64,000 bases of DNA from Escherichia coli (GTDB lineage: Bacteria; Pseudomonadota; Gammaproteobacteria; Enterobacterales; Enterobacteriaceae), in the NCBI RefSeq assembly GCF_050920415.1, contig NZ_CP169309.1. One strand, 5' to 3'. Positions 41,644 through 53,302 of this stretch are shown one piece after another (position 1 is the first letter of the stretch; each line of letters begins with the position of its first letter). The position numbers and the translations under genes were made by a program. The notes beneath the pieces were generated by a model. It saw nothing but the letters and a program-made list of their open reading frames with translations, did not search any database and was not told where the DNA came from.

Positions 41644-43515
41644 CTACGCCCAGTCGGAGTTAAAACGATACTGTTGATCGAGTTTGTTGATAATTCCGGA
41701 GGGTAAATCTTTATTATCAAATAACTGGTTTCGCATCCGATAGCGGTATTCAGCAGGTAAATAAACCAGTAAATCGATAGCATTATTAAGCATCTCTTCG
41801 TCAATAATACCATTATCAATCAGCGCCAGCTGTACTTCGTAGGCTTGCTCTTGATCTTCTTGCCGTTTACTCATCATTAATTTTAAGGTGTGTTGCCATA
41901 ATTGTTTCTTATACTCCAGAGGTAACAATTTATCGCGTGCCAGCTCATACCAGATGCTGGGAATGTCATGCTGATTCAGTAGATAACTAATCCCTTCCTT
42001 CGAGGTCAGATAACGCATGCCGTCACGTAAATTGTGCACATCTTCTTTTGCCAAAGTCAGTTGACGCGACTCCGGCAAAGCGACAAATAACGCCTTCACG
42101 ATATTTTTATTTTCTTTATTATCCAGATACATTTGTTCTGCGATACGTTCAACATCCTCTGTCCTCAGGGTCGCTGACTGTTGGGTGATTTTTAGTTCAG
42201 TAAGCGTCCGGGCTAATGCTTGACGAACTTTCAGCGATTTATCTTTACTCAACAACACCGCTTGTTGTGCGGTTAAATCGGTTCCGGTAATTCTTTCGCG
42301 TAACTCCGGATCTTCGCTATTTATCAATTCATCAACCACTGCAGTTGGAACCAGCCAGGCGTAATCGTAATGGCTGATTAATGTCTTGCGCACACTGAGA
42401 AAAGGGCTTTGACTTAACGACACAACAATATCAGGAGAAAGATTATCCTGTCTGGCCTGCTCCAGCTGTACGCTCTCGACGGGTACAGACATTAATTTTT
42501 TATTCACTTCGGCGGAAATGTTACTGTTTTTAACCAGCCCTCTGGCAACAGCTTCATCTTTAATTAATTCATCGGTAAGCAAATGCATGTGTTGAGCAGG
42601 CCAGGACTGCGCCATTGATTCACGCGTCTGGTCATCGGGGTGCTGTAACAGTTGCAGCATAACGGCGGTTGACAAACTTTCTATATGAGTCAGAAAACGT
42701 GCCACCAGTGGATCTTCATGCTTTATTTTATCCGCAAGGAAATTATCGAGTTTCCCCGTTTCAATCCATTTTAATTTCTCATTAATTTCAGGAGCAGCTT
42801 TATCTCGAAAAACAGGTAACCCCTGAATTATATTGTCTACGACGCTATCATAGTCAGGATACGCATTGGAAATATTATCGGTTTCGATTTCAGTATGATC
42901 GTAAAAGTCGGGATTCACCAGTGAATAGGATTTTTGAATATTCTCATCCCAGCTATATCCTTCACCGCTTTCATCTTCATTGATATAAAACTCAGCTTTG
43001 ATGACCTCAAATTGCGTTGCTTTATCGGAAACAATAATGCCTCGCGCGCTAATTCCTTTCATCACTTCAAAGTTGTGATCATTATAATCAGCATAAACCA
43101 AACCTTTCGCTGTCATCTGCCCTTTCACATACGCGAAATCATGATTAATAAAGTTGTCGACAATAACATTACCTAATACAATCAGATGACCATTACCTGA
43201 CAGATAATCATCATAATCGCCGGAAATCGTTAAATTACCGTTCACCACCAGTTTATTTTGATTGCTGAAGTTAGCGGGTAATGATAGGTCACCATTATGA
43301 TAATACCAGCGGATATTATCTTTTAGCATATAAGCAGCTTCCATACTATCGTTGGTTGCCGCTTTAACCACGTTGCGCTCATCTGCCGTCATAAGATGAA
43401 AGTCAGAGGTGATAAGGTCCTCGCTACTGATCCACTCTGTGGCACATGCATTGCCAGTCATAAAAAACACGACCATACAGATGACCAATATATTAATTCT
43501 ATTCATAATCTTCAC
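41644..43515 (-). CDS. AT-rich putative secreted protein, 623 aa, unknown function
   Basis: N-terminal Sec signal peptide MKIMNRINILVICMVVFFMTGNACA; N-terminal G/N/V-rich segment (NKLVVNGNLTISGDYDDYLSGNGHLIVLGNVIVDNF); C-terminal alpha-helical repeats with D-P-[ED]-x-R-like turns; low GC. Confidence 0.7.
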   Translation of the reverse strand: MKIMNRINILVICMVVFFMTGNACATEWISSEDLITSDFHLMTADERNVVKAATNDSMEAAYMLKDNIRWYYHNGDLSLPANFSNQNKLVVNGNLTISGDYDDYLSGNGHLIVLGNVIVDNFINHDFAYVKGQMTAKGLVYADYNDHNFEVMKGISARGIIVSDKATQFEVIKAEFYINEDESGEGYSWDENIQKSYSLVNPDFYDHTEIETDNISNAYPDYDSVVDNIIQGLPVFRDKAAPEINEKLKWIETGKLDNFLADKIKHEDPLVARFLTHIESLSTAVMLQLLQHPDDQTRESMAQSWPAQHMHLLTDELIKDEAVARGLVKNSNISAEVNKKLMSVPVESVQLEQARQDNLSPDIVVSLSQSPFLSVRKTLISHYDYAWLVPTAVVDELINSEDPELRERITGTDLTAQQAVLLSKDKSLKVRQALARTLTELKITQQSATLRTEDVERIAEQMYLDNKENKNIVKALFVALPESRQLTLAKEDVHNLRDGMRYLTSKEGISYLLNQHDIPSIWYELARDKLLPLEYKKQLWQHTLKLMMSKRQEDQEQAYEVQLALIDNGIIDEEMLNNAIDLLVYLPAEYRYRMRNQLFDNKDLPSGIINKLDQQYRFNSDWA

Positions 43516-43589
43516 TGATATTTATATCAACCTTGATGAATTATGAATATATCGGAAATCGAAAAAATCTCAGCAAAGGAAATATTATT

Positions 43590-43627
43590 ATGGGTTAAAG
43601 AGAGGATATTTCAGAAAAATGCCCTCC
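43590..43627 (-). terminator. candidate intrinsic terminator downstream of ppnP
   Basis: Minus strand gccttccccatgaacgggagggc hairpin followed by atttttc. Confidence 0.45.
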
Positions 43628-43649
43628 CGTTCATGGGGAAGGCGAGGAA

Positions 43650-43934
43650 TTACAGATAGCGGCACAGATAAGAGGTGGGTTCGGCAACTTGCAGATGAAA
43701 CTCGCTGTGACCGGGAACATTAAACACCGAACCGGCTTCATACACTTGCCAGTCGGTCGCGTCAGGCAGTAACACATTCAGCGCACCACTGATTACCGTC
43801 ATCTCTTCAGGCTCAGCGGTGCTGAAGGTGTATTCGCCTTCAACCATAACACCCACGCTGGCGCGACCAGTGCTGCTGCTGGAAAAGCCGATCGATTTCA
43901 CTTTGCCGGAAAAGTACTCATTACTTTGAAGCAT
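43650..43934 (-). CDS. ppnP: pyrimidine/purine nucleoside phosphorylase (cupin)
   Basis: 94-aa [33 protein letters not shown]... (YaiE). Confidence 0.92.
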
Positions 43935-44005
43935 AAACTGGCCCTGTCTGGTAGTTGAACATCTACTTCACTATAGGGGCCAGAGGCGCTGGCTGTCACG
44001 CAAAA

Positions 44006-44683
44006 TTACACCAGTAATTCCGCAGCTAGCCGTGCAATCAATACGTTAGAGAGCAAGACAGGAACATCGAGCTGTTTTTGCAGTAAATCGCGATGACGTT
44101 GGTTAAATCCCAAACAATCCAGCATGATGACATCTGCGCCTTTTGCCAGTAATTCTTTCCCGGCATCAATGATTTTTTGTTCCGAATCATGAATGGGGTT
44201 ACCCAATGAAAATACTGGCGGTTTCTGCAAAATTTGCCATTTTTGCGCCTGAACGGTCAGTAGCTCTTCAACCGGTACGATAACCCCCACCTGATGATCT
44301 TCAACAATAGATGAAACCAGCGGTGGCAATATTCGCAACGGCTCAAGAAAGATCGTATTACGCGCAGTCATACTCCTAATGTTTGCTGTACTCATTAATA
44401 TAATGACGTCGTAGCCCTGATTATCGAGCACTTCAACCACACCTTGTAAGTCACGCTCCACTTTGCGACGCGAGACATGGGCCAGTTGGTTGTCATTTAA
44501 TAATGTGAGAATTGTGTCTTCGCCTGCTTCTGGCGCGTACTCCGCCATCACTTCTTCGCGGCTTAACTTCCCCAGCAGGCTATGATGGGAAATATTATCT
44601 TCGTCAATGTATTCTGTCAGGAGCGGCAAAACTTCCTGCATAGGTACAATGCCGATGGTCAGGATCGCCAACGACGCACTCAT
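44006..44683 (-). CDS. aroM: AroM family protein
   Basis: 225-aa [28 protein letters not shown]...; aroL-yaiA-aroM order. Confidence 0.88.
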   Translation of the reverse strand: MSASLAILTIGIVPMQEVLPLLTEYIDEDNISHHSLLGKLSREEVMAEYAPEAGEDTILTLLNDNQLAHVSRRKVERDLQGVVEVLDNQGYDVIILMSTANIRSMTARNTIFLEPLRILPPLVSSIVEDHQVGVIVPVEELLTVQAQKWQILQKPPVFSLGNPIHDSEQKIIDAGKELLAKGADVIMLDCLGFNQRHRDLLQKQLDVPVLLSNVLIARLAAELLV

Positions 44684-44940
44684 TGTTCTTCCACCTTACT
44701 TTTATTTCGTCGTTAATTACCGGGCAAGCGCTAAGCACCACTGCCGACACTTACCTGTGCTACAAATGACAAAAAGCGTAGCAGCAGACCTGCACGGCAT
44801 AATGTAAAGATTCCAAATGATTCCAGTAATGGATTGTTATTGTTTAATATTCTAATTATTTGAAAAACATGAATTGTGAAAAATGTGACGCAGATCCCTT
44901 GTGGTGGCACTCAGAATCCCTTCCGAGCAGTCTGATGCGG

Positions 44941-45141
<201 letters not shown>

Positions 45142-45181
45142 TTATTTCACGGGATGAACGTTAAGTATAGGCGCTCGAAAA

Positions 45182-45706
45182 TCAACAATTGATCGTCTGT
45201 GCCAGGGCGCTACGAATTTCAGAAATCACCTGGCTGGGTTCGTTTGTTGCGTCGATGATAATATGCGCAACTTCGCGATATAGCGCATCGCGTTCTTCCA
45301 GCACTTCCTGAACTTCTTCGCTCAGCGGTTTCCCCGTTAAGGTTGGCCGTAAATCTTCTTCCGGTGCAGCTTGCAGTCGGTTAACCAGGACTGATACTGG
45401 CGCACACAAATAAACCACGATCCCGTTATTTTGCATAAAGTGACGATTAAATTCCGTCAGGATAATGCCGCCGCCCGTGGCGATAACGGTGGATGGCGCA
45501 GTTACCGCTTCCAACGCCGCCGTTTCTCTGGCGCGGAATCCCGCCCACTCTTCCCTTTCGACGATCTCCGCGACCGTCATATTGAGCTGTGATTGCAACC
45601 ACTGGTCGGTATCGACAAATCGACGGTTAAGCGAATCGGCAAGGGCCATTCCGACCGTTGTTTTACCACAGCCCCGAGGCCCGATCAGAAAAAGAGGTTG
45701 TGTCAT
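45182..45706 (-). CDS. aroL: shikimate kinase II
   Basis: 174-aa [26 protein letters not shown]... (Walker A). Confidence 0.95.
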
Positions 45707-45869
45707 CGTGGGTTTTCCCCAATAGGTCGCAATGCGGCGAAAGCCGGTGTCATGAGAATAGCGATCATACCATCAAACTAGTACAATTTCGATTGTAAAG
45801 AAAAAATTCCACTTAAAGTGAAAATTTTAATACATCCCTTACTATACCAATAAATTTTCAAGAATGAAG

Positions 45870-45887
45870 TGTAAATAATAAATTACA
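45870..45887. promoter_or_regulatory. candidate TyrR box upstream of aroL
   Basis: tgtaaataataaattaca fits TGTAAA-N6-TTTACA with one mismatch. Confidence 0.4.
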
Positions 45888-45888
45888 T

Positions 45889-46347
45889 TCAGCCACGACT
45901 ACGTTGCACTTCCAGCCACCACTTCTCCAGCTCCGCGGCAAAGGCCTGGCGGTCACGTTGTGAAAGGCTATCTGGTCCCCCGGTCTGGATCCCACTGGCG
46001 CGTAAGGTATCCATAAAATCGCGCATCGTCAGGCGCTCACGAATGGTCGCTGGTGTGTAACGTTCGCCGCGTGGATTAAGCGCCGCAGCGCCTTTCTCGA
46101 TGGCTTCAGCAGCCAAAGGAATATCTGCGGTGATCACCAAATCGCCAGCTTCACACTGCCGGACAATTTCGTTATCGGCAACGTCGAAACCTGCCGCGAC
46201 GCGCAGCGTTCGAATAAATCGCGAAGGCGGTACGCGTAAACTCTGGTTTGCTACCAGCACCAGCGGCATCTGCATACGTTCAGCCGCGCGATACAAAATC
46301 TCTTTAATTACATTGGGACACGCGTCGGCATCCACCCAAATTGTCAT
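45889..46347 (-). CDS. yaiI: UPF0178 protein YaiI
   Basis: ORF 45889..46467; start set at [26 protein letters not shown], 152 aa. Confidence 0.85.
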   Translation of the reverse strand: MTIWVDADACPNVIKEILYRAAERMQMPLVLVANQSLRVPPSRFIRTLRVAAGFDVADNEIVRQCEAGDLVITADIPLAAEAIEKGAAALNPRGERYTPATIRERLTMRDFMDTLRASGIQTGGPDSLSQRDRQAFAAELEKWWLEVQRSRG

Positions 46348-46466
46348 AAAGTCATCCTTTGTTGGGTAATTCTCTATTGTGTCGCGCTTTTGCCTTCCGG
46401 CATAGTTCTGTTTATGCTTCTGCCAGCGATTATCAAAACAATGAATTTCACGGCAGGAGTGAGGCA

Positions 46467-47276
46467 ATGGAAAAGAAAATCGGTTTTATTGGCTGCGGCA
46501 ATATGGGAAAAGCCATTCTCGGCGGTCTGATTGCCAGCGGTCAGGTGCTTCCAGGGCAAATCTGGGTATATACCCCCTCCCCGGATAAAGTCGCCGCCCT
46601 GCATGACCAGTTCGGCATCAACGCCGCAGAATCGGCGCAAGAAGTGGCGCAAATCGCCGACATCATTTTTGCCGCCGTTAAACCAGGCATCATGATTAAA
46701 GTGCTTAGCGAAATCACCTCCAGCCTGAATAAAGACTCTCTGGTCGTTTCTATTGCAGCAGGTGTCACGCTCGACCAGCTTGCCCGCGCGCTGGGCCATG
46801 ACCGGAAAATTATCCGCGCCATGCCGAACACTCCCGCACTGGTTAATGCCGGGATGACCTCCGTAACGCCAAACGCGCTGGTAACCCCAGAAGATACCGC
46901 TGATGTGCTGAATATTTTCCGCTGCTTTGGCGAAGCGGAAGTAATTGCCGAGCCGATGATCCACCCGGTGGTCGGTGTGAGCGGTTCTTCGCCAGCCTAC
47001 GTCTTTATGTTTATCGAAGCGATGGCCGACGCCGCCGTGCTGGGCGGGATGCCACGCGCCCAGGCGTATAAATTTGCCGCTCAGGCGGTAATGGGTTCCG
47101 CGAAAATGGTACTTGAAACGGGAGAACATCCGGGCGCACTGAAAGATATGGTCTGCTCACCAGGAGGCACTACTATTGAAGCGGTACGCGTACTGGAAGA
47201 GAAAGGCTTCCGTGCCGCAGTGATCGAAGCGATGACGAAGTGTATGGAAAAATCAGAAAAACTCAGCAAATCCTGA
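46467..47276 (+). CDS. proC: pyrroline-5-carboxylate reductase
   Basis: ORF 46359..47276; start set at [21 protein letters not shown] (Rossmann), 269 aa. Confidence 0.92.
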   Translation: MEKKIGFIGCGNMGKAILGGLIASGQVLPGQIWVYTPSPDKVAALHDQFGINAAESAQEVAQIADIIFAAVKPGIMIKVLSEITSSLNKDSLVVSIAAGVTLDQLARALGHDRKIIRAMPNTPALVNAGMTSVTPNALVTPEDTADVLNIFRCFGEAEVIAEPMIHPVVGVSGSSPAYVFMFIEAMADAAVLGGMPRAQAYKFAAQAVMGSAKMVLETGEHPGALKDMVCSPGGTTIEAVRVLEEKGFRAAVIEAMTKCMEKSEKLSKS

Positions 47277-47292
47277 TGACTTTCGCCGGACG

Positions 47293-48408
47293 TCAGGCCG
47301 CCACTTCGGTGCGGTTACGTCCGGCTTTCTTTGCTTTGTAGAGCGCCAAATCTGCCGATTTCAACCACTCCCGATAGTGACTCATTTGTGGATTCAGCGG
47401 CGCGACACCCACACTAATCCGTAACATCACCTGCGGTGTATTCGGCAAACGTAACGTATTTAGCCCTTCATGTACCCGTAACATGGCGGTAATGGCGCTC
47501 TCAGCTGGCGTACCGGACATGATCACCGCAAACTCATCGCCACCAAACCGACCAATCACATCGCTACCGCGCAGGGTAATTTGTAATTGTCGGGTAAGCG
47601 CCACAATCGCTTCATCGCCCACATCATGGCCCCAGGTATCGTTGATGCTCTTGAAATGGTCGATATCGATAATCAGTAACGTCGCATCGCGGTTATGCCG
47701 CCGACAGTTATCAAATTCATTGCGTAACATCGTTTCCCAATGACGTCGGTTATACACGCCCGTCATACCGTCGCGGGTACTCATGACCTGCAACCTGCGT
47801 TTATGTTCCGCCAGTTTGGTTGCCGTCTGGTAGCTGACCCAGCCAAACAGCATAGGATAAATGACGATAATGGGAAGGGAGAGCCACCATTCCAGCGGCG
47901 CACTATTGAACGACACGGTGATGCCCGTCAATTCGAGGGTGACAAGGCAGGAAACCACCATCAACACCAGACCCGCGACAAACAGACGGGGGCCGCCTGC
48001 CCCCATCAAATTCAGACACATAATCATCAACATCGCGGTGGAAGGCAGCACGTTTACGCCCATTACGCCTACCCACATTCCCGCTAATACTGCATCGGTT
48101 TTTAAGTTATAAATTTCCCGGCTAAGCGGATCGACAGCCCTACTCGCAATCTGCCAGGCTAAATGCGGCCAGACGAACGCCCAGCCGACCAACACCAGCC
48201 ACCACCAGCCCGGCGGCGGGTGCGAAACCAGCGTTGAAGCAATCGGTAAGAACATGCCAGCCAGGCCAACCGCGCGGGGTAGTCTGACGCGACGGGCGAA
48301 GCGCAGCCCGGACCGCTGATGTTCGTTTTGAGGAGTTAAAGGAGGTTCCTCCCCATGCGCCGCCGCTTTTTTGAAAAAGTTTTCATCATTCATTATTTTT
48401 GGGAACAT
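47293..48408 (-). CDS. dgcC: diguanylate cyclase (GGDEF) with N-terminal membrane MASE2-like domain
   Basis: 371-aa ORF; polytopic N-terminus and GGDEF signature (RFGGDEFAVIM); formerly adrA/yaiC. Confidence 0.9.
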   Translation of the reverse strand: MFPKIMNDENFFKKAAAHGEEPPLTPQNEHQRSGLRFARRVRLPRAVGLAGMFLPIASTLVSHPPPGWWWLVLVGWAFVWPHLAWQIASRAVDPLSREIYNLKTDAVLAGMWVGVMGVNVLPSTAMLMIMCLNLMGAGGPRLFVAGLVLMVVSCLVTLELTGITVSFNSAPLEWWLSLPIIVIYPMLFGWVSYQTATKLAEHKRRLQVMSTRDGMTGVYNRRHWETMLRNEFDNCRRHNRDATLLIIDIDHFKSINDTWGHDVGDEAIVALTRQLQITLRGSDVIGRFGGDEFAVIMSGTPAESAITAMLRVHEGLNTLRLPNTPQVMLRISVGVAPLNPQMSHYREWLKSADLALYKAKKAGRNRTEVAA

Positions 48409-48509
48409 TCAGAAACAATTTTCCCAAATTATAGAGACGGGGCTAAAGGCAGAAGTATGAAATTTCGGGTGAGCCATTTTCGTAGCTCACCCGTTAGCAC
48501 TATCAGGTA

Positions 48510-48830
48510 TCAGGCGGCTTTCTTGAGGCAGGCGCTCATAAACTTATTACGATCATCACCTTTCAGAGATTGTTGCGTTGCTTGATTATTACATTCGCGC
48601 ATCTTTTGCTGCTGTGGCGTCAAACTTTTTTCACCAGGCGCAGACTTGCTGTTCTTCAGGCAATCACTCATGTAGGTCTTACGAGCATCCCCTTTCAACG
48701 CCTGCGCCGTCGCCTGCTGATTACAGGAGGTCATACGCTGTTGTTGCGGGGTTAAGGTTCTCTCGGCAGCGCCGACGGTGGTTAAAAAAACCAGTCCGAA
48801 AAGCAAGGTAACCAGTAATGTTATTTTCAT
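48510..48830 (-). CDS. psiF: phosphate starvation-inducible protein PsiF
   Basis: ORF 48510..48848; start at MKITLLVTLLFGLVFLTTVGA (signal peptide); two internal repeats (TPQQQ[RK]M..CN.QAT.Q.LKGD.R..[YF]MS.CLK). Confidence 0.88.
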   Translation of the reverse strand: MKITLLVTLLFGLVFLTTVGAAERTLTPQQQRMTSCNQQATAQALKGDARKTYMSDCLKNSKSAPGEKSLTPQQQKMRECNNQATQQSLKGDDRNKFMSACLKKAA

Positions 48831-48948
48831 AGCACCATCCCTCTTCATGTTTTAACCATGAGCGTTTGCGCCCGTGATCTGCCATTAAGTCTGGTTGCTA
48901 ACCGCAAAAAAACCACCCGACAGCGAAAATTCACCGCCGGGCGCGGTT

Positions 48949-50364
48949 TTATTTCAGCCCCAGGGCGGCTTTCATGGTGTAGAAGAGATCGGTCTGGTCG
49001 GTCAGTCCAACGACATTGGCGGCATGTGGGCCATACGCCGCAATACGCAGCTGACTACCGGTATGTTCTTGTGAATCCTCTTCGGAGTTCCCGTAACTCA
49101 TTACCATCACCGCGCCATCTTTGGTATTTAGCGCCTGGGTGAGGCCCGGCGCTTTGGTGTCCGGCGCGACAATCTGGCTGGCGTGGGCGTGATCAGCGGT
49201 GACTATGACCAGCGTGTTGCCATCCTTTTTAGCGAATTCCAGCGCCCGTTGTACGGCTTCGTCGAGATCGACCGTCTCGCCAATTTGCCCACAAGGATTC
49301 GCCGCGTGATCCTGTTTATCGATTGATGCACCTTCAACTTGCAGGAAAAAGCCTTTCTCATTTTTACTCAACAATTCAATGGCTTTATCAGTCATCTGCG
49401 CCAGGGTCGGTACGCTGTCATTACGTTGCGGATTAGGCGTACAGGTAACTGCGGGCTTGTCGATATTGCCGTGGTACGTTGCTTTCGGTCCTTGCCAGCG
49501 CACTGGCATATTGCCGTCAGCAAACAGGCCAAGCAGGGGTTTTTGCTGGTTCGCTTCCGTCACCGCGTTCAGCGAGGCAGCATCGTTCACTAACTGATAA
49601 CCACGCACCTGCGCCTGTTCACGCAGCGTTTTTCCCTGCCATTCACCAGCGGTTGCCGTTTCCGCAAAGGTTTTTGCGCCGCCGCCAAGCGTAACATCGG
49701 CACGGGCGTTAAGCAGCTGTTCGGTAATCGATCCTTTTCCGCCTTTTTCCAGCGCGTTACCCGGACATTTTTCACTGGTCGCGCTCGGACCGTAGCATTT
49801 GCGCGAAGTCACATGCGCCACCAACGCGGCGGGAGTGGCATCCTGCAACTCTGCGGTAGAAACGTTACCGGTCGCCAGCCCTGCGGCTTTTGCCATTTCC
49901 AGAATCGTTGGGTGATCTTTTTCATGAATATCGACACCCAATGCGCCATTATAGGTTTTGACACCGGTTGACCAGGCAGTTGCTGATGCAGCCGAGTCGG
50001 TAACGTAGTCCGGTTTGCCGGTTTTTTTATTCAGCGCATAGTGAGTGTATTGCCCAGTAAGCGGTAAGGCATCAATACCTTTAAAAAAGCCGCCCGCACC
50101 TTCGGCATAATTACGTGCGGCAGTAATTTCCGAATCCCCCATCCCATCGCCAATCAGCAAAATAATATTTTTTGCAGGCTTATCGCTAAGAGAATCACGC
50201 AGAGCGGCGCTCTGATCACCCGTTAAGCGGCGAGCACCGCCGGGTGCAGTAATATCGCCCTGAGCAGCCCGGTTTTCCAGAATAGGCATTTCTGGTGTCC
50301 GGGCTTTTGTCACAGGGGTAAACAGTAACGGTAAGAGTGCCAGTGCAATAGTGCTTTGTTTCAC
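48949..50364 (-). CDS. phoA: alkaline phosphatase
   Basis: ORF 48949..50406; start set at GTG giving (M)[20 protein letters not shown], 471 aa; active-site region [12 protein letters not shown]. Confidence 0.95.
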   Translation of the reverse strand: MKQSTIALALLPLLFTPVTKARTPEMPILENRAAQGDITAPGGARRLTGDQSAALRDSLSDKPAKNIILLIGDGMGDSEITAARNYAEGAGGFFKGIDALPLTGQYTHYALNKKTGKPDYVTDSAASATAWSTGVKTYNGALGVDIHEKDHPTILEMAKAAGLATGNVSTAELQDATPAALVAHVTSRKCYGPSATSEKCPGNALEKGGKGSITEQLLNARADVTLGGGAKTFAETATAGEWQGKTLREQAQVRGYQLVNDAASLNAVTEANQQKPLLGLFADGNMPVRWQGPKATYHGNIDKPAVTCTPNPQRNDSVPTLAQMTDKAIELLSKNEKGFFLQVEGASIDKQDHAANPCGQIGETVDLDEAVQRALEFAKKDGNTLVIVTADHAHASQIVAPDTKAPGLTQALNTKDGAVMVMSYGNSEEDSQEHTGSQLRIAAYGPHAANVVGLTDQTDLFYTMKAALGLK

Positions 50365-50425
50365 TTTATTTTCTCCATGTACAAATACATTAAAAAATAA
50401 AAACAAAGCGACTATAAGTCTCAGC

Positions 50426-50443
50426 CGTGACAGCTTTATGACA
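50426..50443 (-). promoter_or_regulatory. Pho box in phoA promoter
   Basis: Minus strand CTGTCATAAAGCTGTCAC, about 60-80 nt upstream of phoA start. Confidence 0.8.
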
Positions 50444-50464
50444 GCTGTTGAAAAGATTACCTTT

Positions 50465-50725
50465 TTACTGACGAGGATGCTTCAATAACTTCTTTACATA
50501 ATCGCGCAGCAGCTCCGTATCGTCGTCAGGAATGCTGGCATCGGGCTTTACCTCGTAAAGCGCCCCCTCTACCTGATCAATCAACCGCTGTTGGTCATTT
50601 TGCGCCATATTACGAAGCATTGCAGTGACGATAATCTCCAGTGCTTCTACCTGCGCGCACAGTTCTTTCGACTCTTCTTCTTTTTGGGCAAGCTTAAATA
50701 ACAACTCAGCAATGAGATTTTTCAT
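50465..50725 (-). CDS. iraP: anti-adaptor protein IraP
   Basis: 86-aa [34 protein letters not shown]... (YaiB). Confidence 0.9.
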
Positions 50726-51187
50726 GTCTGTATTTCCTTATCCAAAGTATGGAGAAGTTAACATTATGCTTCACAACTTCATAGTGTCTGGAGGTAGTAT
50801 TTTTATGACGAATGAAATACTTTGCGCAAATATTTTTTCCATATTTATCAGCGAAACGTTTCTCTTATTTAAATAAGTAACCATACAAAGTATAGGTTTT
50901 TAATTATCAACCTTTATTATAAGTAAAAGTTATGAAATATATTCTCTTTGCTAACTTATAATTAAGAGAAAAAAACTCACTGCATGGCCATTTAAACCAG
51001 GAATAAATTAGCTTCCCGTTCATCATTTTTGTGATCTTGCGCACATCTTTGAGATAACGCACTTTCTTCACCAGTACGTTGCACACTTTGTCAGTAGAAG
51101 ATTGCAACATTCTGTCAGAAGGCCGCGAATCCCCCGTTTTGTCGTGGTAATGTATGCACTTTGTGTTAGACGGGATAGGTTTTCAAG

Positions 51188-52282
51188 ATGGAAAAACTGC
51201 GGGTAGGAATCGTTTTTGGTGGTAAATCAGCGGAACATGAAGTGTCTTTGCAATCGGCAAAAAACATTGTCGATGCCATTGATAAAAGTCGCTTCGACGT
51301 TGTGCTGCTGGGCATTGATAAACAAGGGCAATGGCACGTCAGCGATGCCAACAATTATCTGCTAAATGCAGACGATCCTGCCCATATTGCGTTGCGCCCT
51401 TCGGCGACCAGTCTTGCGCAGGTGCCTGGTAAACATGAGCATCAGCTTATCGACGCGCAAAACGGTCAGCCATTGCCGACGGTGGATGTCATTTTCCCGA
51501 TTGTTCACGGTACGCTAGGCGAAGATGGTTCCTTGCAGGGAATGCTGCGGGTCGCCAATTTACCGTTTGTGGGTTCTGATGTTTTGGCGTCAGCGGCCTG
51601 TATGGATAAAGATGTCACCAAACGTCTGCTACGCGATGCCGGGCTGAACATTGCGCCATTTATTACCCTGACACGCACCAATCGTCAAAACATCAGTTTT
51701 GCCGAAGTGAAGTCAAAACTGGGGTTACCGCTGTTTGTAAAACCCGCTAACCAAGGCTCTTCTGTTGGTGTCAGCAAAGTAACCAGTGAAGAAGAGTACG
51801 CAATTGCCGTCGATCTGGCGTTCGAGTTCGATCATAAAGTGATCGTTGAGCAAGGGATCAAAGGTCGTGAGATCGAATGCGCGGTTCTGGGCAACGACAA
51901 TCCGCAAGCCAGTACCTGTGGCGAGATCGTACTAACCAGCGATTTCTATGCCTACGACACCAAGTACATTGACGAAGATGGCGCGAAAGTGGTGGTTCCG
52001 GCAGCCATTACGCCTGAAATTAACGATATGATCCGGGCAATTGCCGTTCAGGCTTATCAAACGTTGGGTTGCGCAGGCATGGCGCGTGTAGACGTGTTTT
52101 TAACCCCAGAGAACGAAGTGGTAATCAACGAGATCAACACACTGCCAGGCTTCACCAACATCAGTATGTATCCGAAGCTGTGGCAAGCCAGCGGTTTGGG
52201 TTACACCGACCTGATCACACGTCTGATCGAGTTGGCGCTGGAGCGTCACGCTGCGGATAACGCATTGAAAACCACGATGTAA
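51188..52282 (+). CDS. ddlA: D-alanine--D-alanine ligase A
   Basis: 364-aa [36 protein letters not shown]...; ATP-grasp. Confidence 0.95.
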   Translation: MEKLRVGIVFGGKSAEHEVSLQSAKNIVDAIDKSRFDVVLLGIDKQGQWHVSDANNYLLNADDPAHIALRPSATSLAQVPGKHEHQLIDAQNGQPLPTVDVIFPIVHGTLGEDGSLQGMLRVANLPFVGSDVLASAACMDKDVTKRLLRDAGLNIAPFITLTRTNRQNISFAEVKSKLGLPLFVKPANQGSSVGVSKVTSEEEYAIAVDLAFEFDHKVIVEQGIKGREIECAVLGNDNPQASTCGEIVLTSDFYAYDTKYIDEDGAKVVVPAAITPEINDMIRAIAVQAYQTLGCAGMARVDVFLTPENEVVINEINTLPGFTNISMYPKLWQASGLGYTDLITRLIELALERHAADNALKTTM

Positions 52283-52287
52283 TTTTT

Positions 52288-52316
52288 AAATGCCCAATAA
52301 CTGTTATTGGGCATTT
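52288..52316 (+). terminator. hairpin downstream of ddlA
   Basis: aaatgcccaataactgttattgggcattt perfect inverted repeat right after ddlA stop. Confidence 0.5.
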
Positions 52317-52330
52317 AAGACTGTAAGATT

Positions 52331-52419
52331 GCCTGATGCGCTTTGCTTATCAGGCCTACAAGATAATTGCAATATACTGATTTTGTAGGCAGGATAAGGC
52401 GTTCGCGCCGCATCCGGCA
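52331..52419. repeat. BIME (two REP units)
   Basis: gcctgatgcgctttgcttatcaggcctac ... gtaggcaggataaggcgttcgcgccgcatccggca. Confidence 0.8.
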
Positions 52420-52464
52420 AAAACAACGAGCACTTTGTCAGCCCCCAGAACGCCCAATCCTCTG

Positions 52465-52677
52465 TTATTGGGCGTTTTCAGTTTCTTCATCGCGACGACG
52501 AATAATCAGCCCCGCGAGCCAGAAACTAATCACCCACGTCACCAGACCAACGGCATAGGTCTGCCAACCTTTTGCTTCAAATCCCAGTAACCCCACCACG
52601 CCATTAAGAATGAATATCAGGCCAATGGCGAACGCATAGTAGTGCCAGTCACGGCGAATTTTTACAGGCAGACTCAT
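52465..52677 (-). CDS. yaiZ: small membrane protein YaiZ
   Basis: ORF 52465..52704; start set at MSLPVKIRRDWHYYAFAIGLIFILNGVVGLL, 70 aa. Confidence 0.75.
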   Translation of the reverse strand: MSLPVKIRRDWHYYAFAIGLIFILNGVVGLLGFEAKGWQTYAVGLVTWVISFWLAGLIIRRRDEETENAQ

Positions 52678-52936
52678 GGCAGCTCCGTTAACGAAAAATA
52701 ACATCTTCGCATAATCGATAACTTACGTCTGTGGGGTAGACAGCATTTCCCGTATCGTTAAAAAATTTAACTTAAAGTTACCGTTTTGTGACTCGTGACA
52801 AATATTCCCGCTTCGGGAATATTCCCAACATCAATTTACCATGATTCTGATATTGACAATCTTAATGACCTGTCAGACTTGCCATAAGCCGCTGGTATGA
52901 CACCAGAAGAGAAGCAGATGACTTCCGGAGGTTTTT

Positions 52937-53245
52937 ATGGCTGATTTCACCCTGTCAAAATCGCTGTTTAGCGGAAAATATCGCAATGCCTCTTCTACGC
53001 CTGGCAACATTGCCTATGCGTTGTTTGTGCTGTTTTGCTTTTGGGCTGGGGCGCAATTGCTGAACCTGTTAGTGCATGCGCCCGGCGTCTATGAGCGTTT
53101 AATGCAGGCTCAGGAAACAGGCCGCCCACGGGTGGAAATTGGTTTAGGTGTCGGTACCATTTTCGGGCTGATCCCATTTTTAATTGGCTGCTTCATTTTT
53201 GCAGTGGTGGCGCTATGGCTGCACTGGCGACATCGCCGCCAGTAA
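52937..53245 (+). CDS. yaiY: inner-membrane protein YaiY (DUF2755)
   Basis: 102-aa [44 protein letters not shown]... Confidence 0.8.
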   Translation: MADFTLSKSLFSGKYRNASSTPGNIAYALFVLFCFWAGAQLLNLLVHAPGVYERLMQAQETGRPRVEIGLGVGTIFGLIPFLIGCFIFAVVALWLHWRHRRQ

Positions 53246-53302
53246 GAGTAGGTTGCCAGATGCGGCCTAAAATGCCTTATCTGGCCTGGCGTTGCCTTTT
53301 GC

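Noticed and set aside
46374-47129. 251-aa minus-strand ORF
   Set aside because: Antisense within proC; no start context; proC is the recognisable reading frame.
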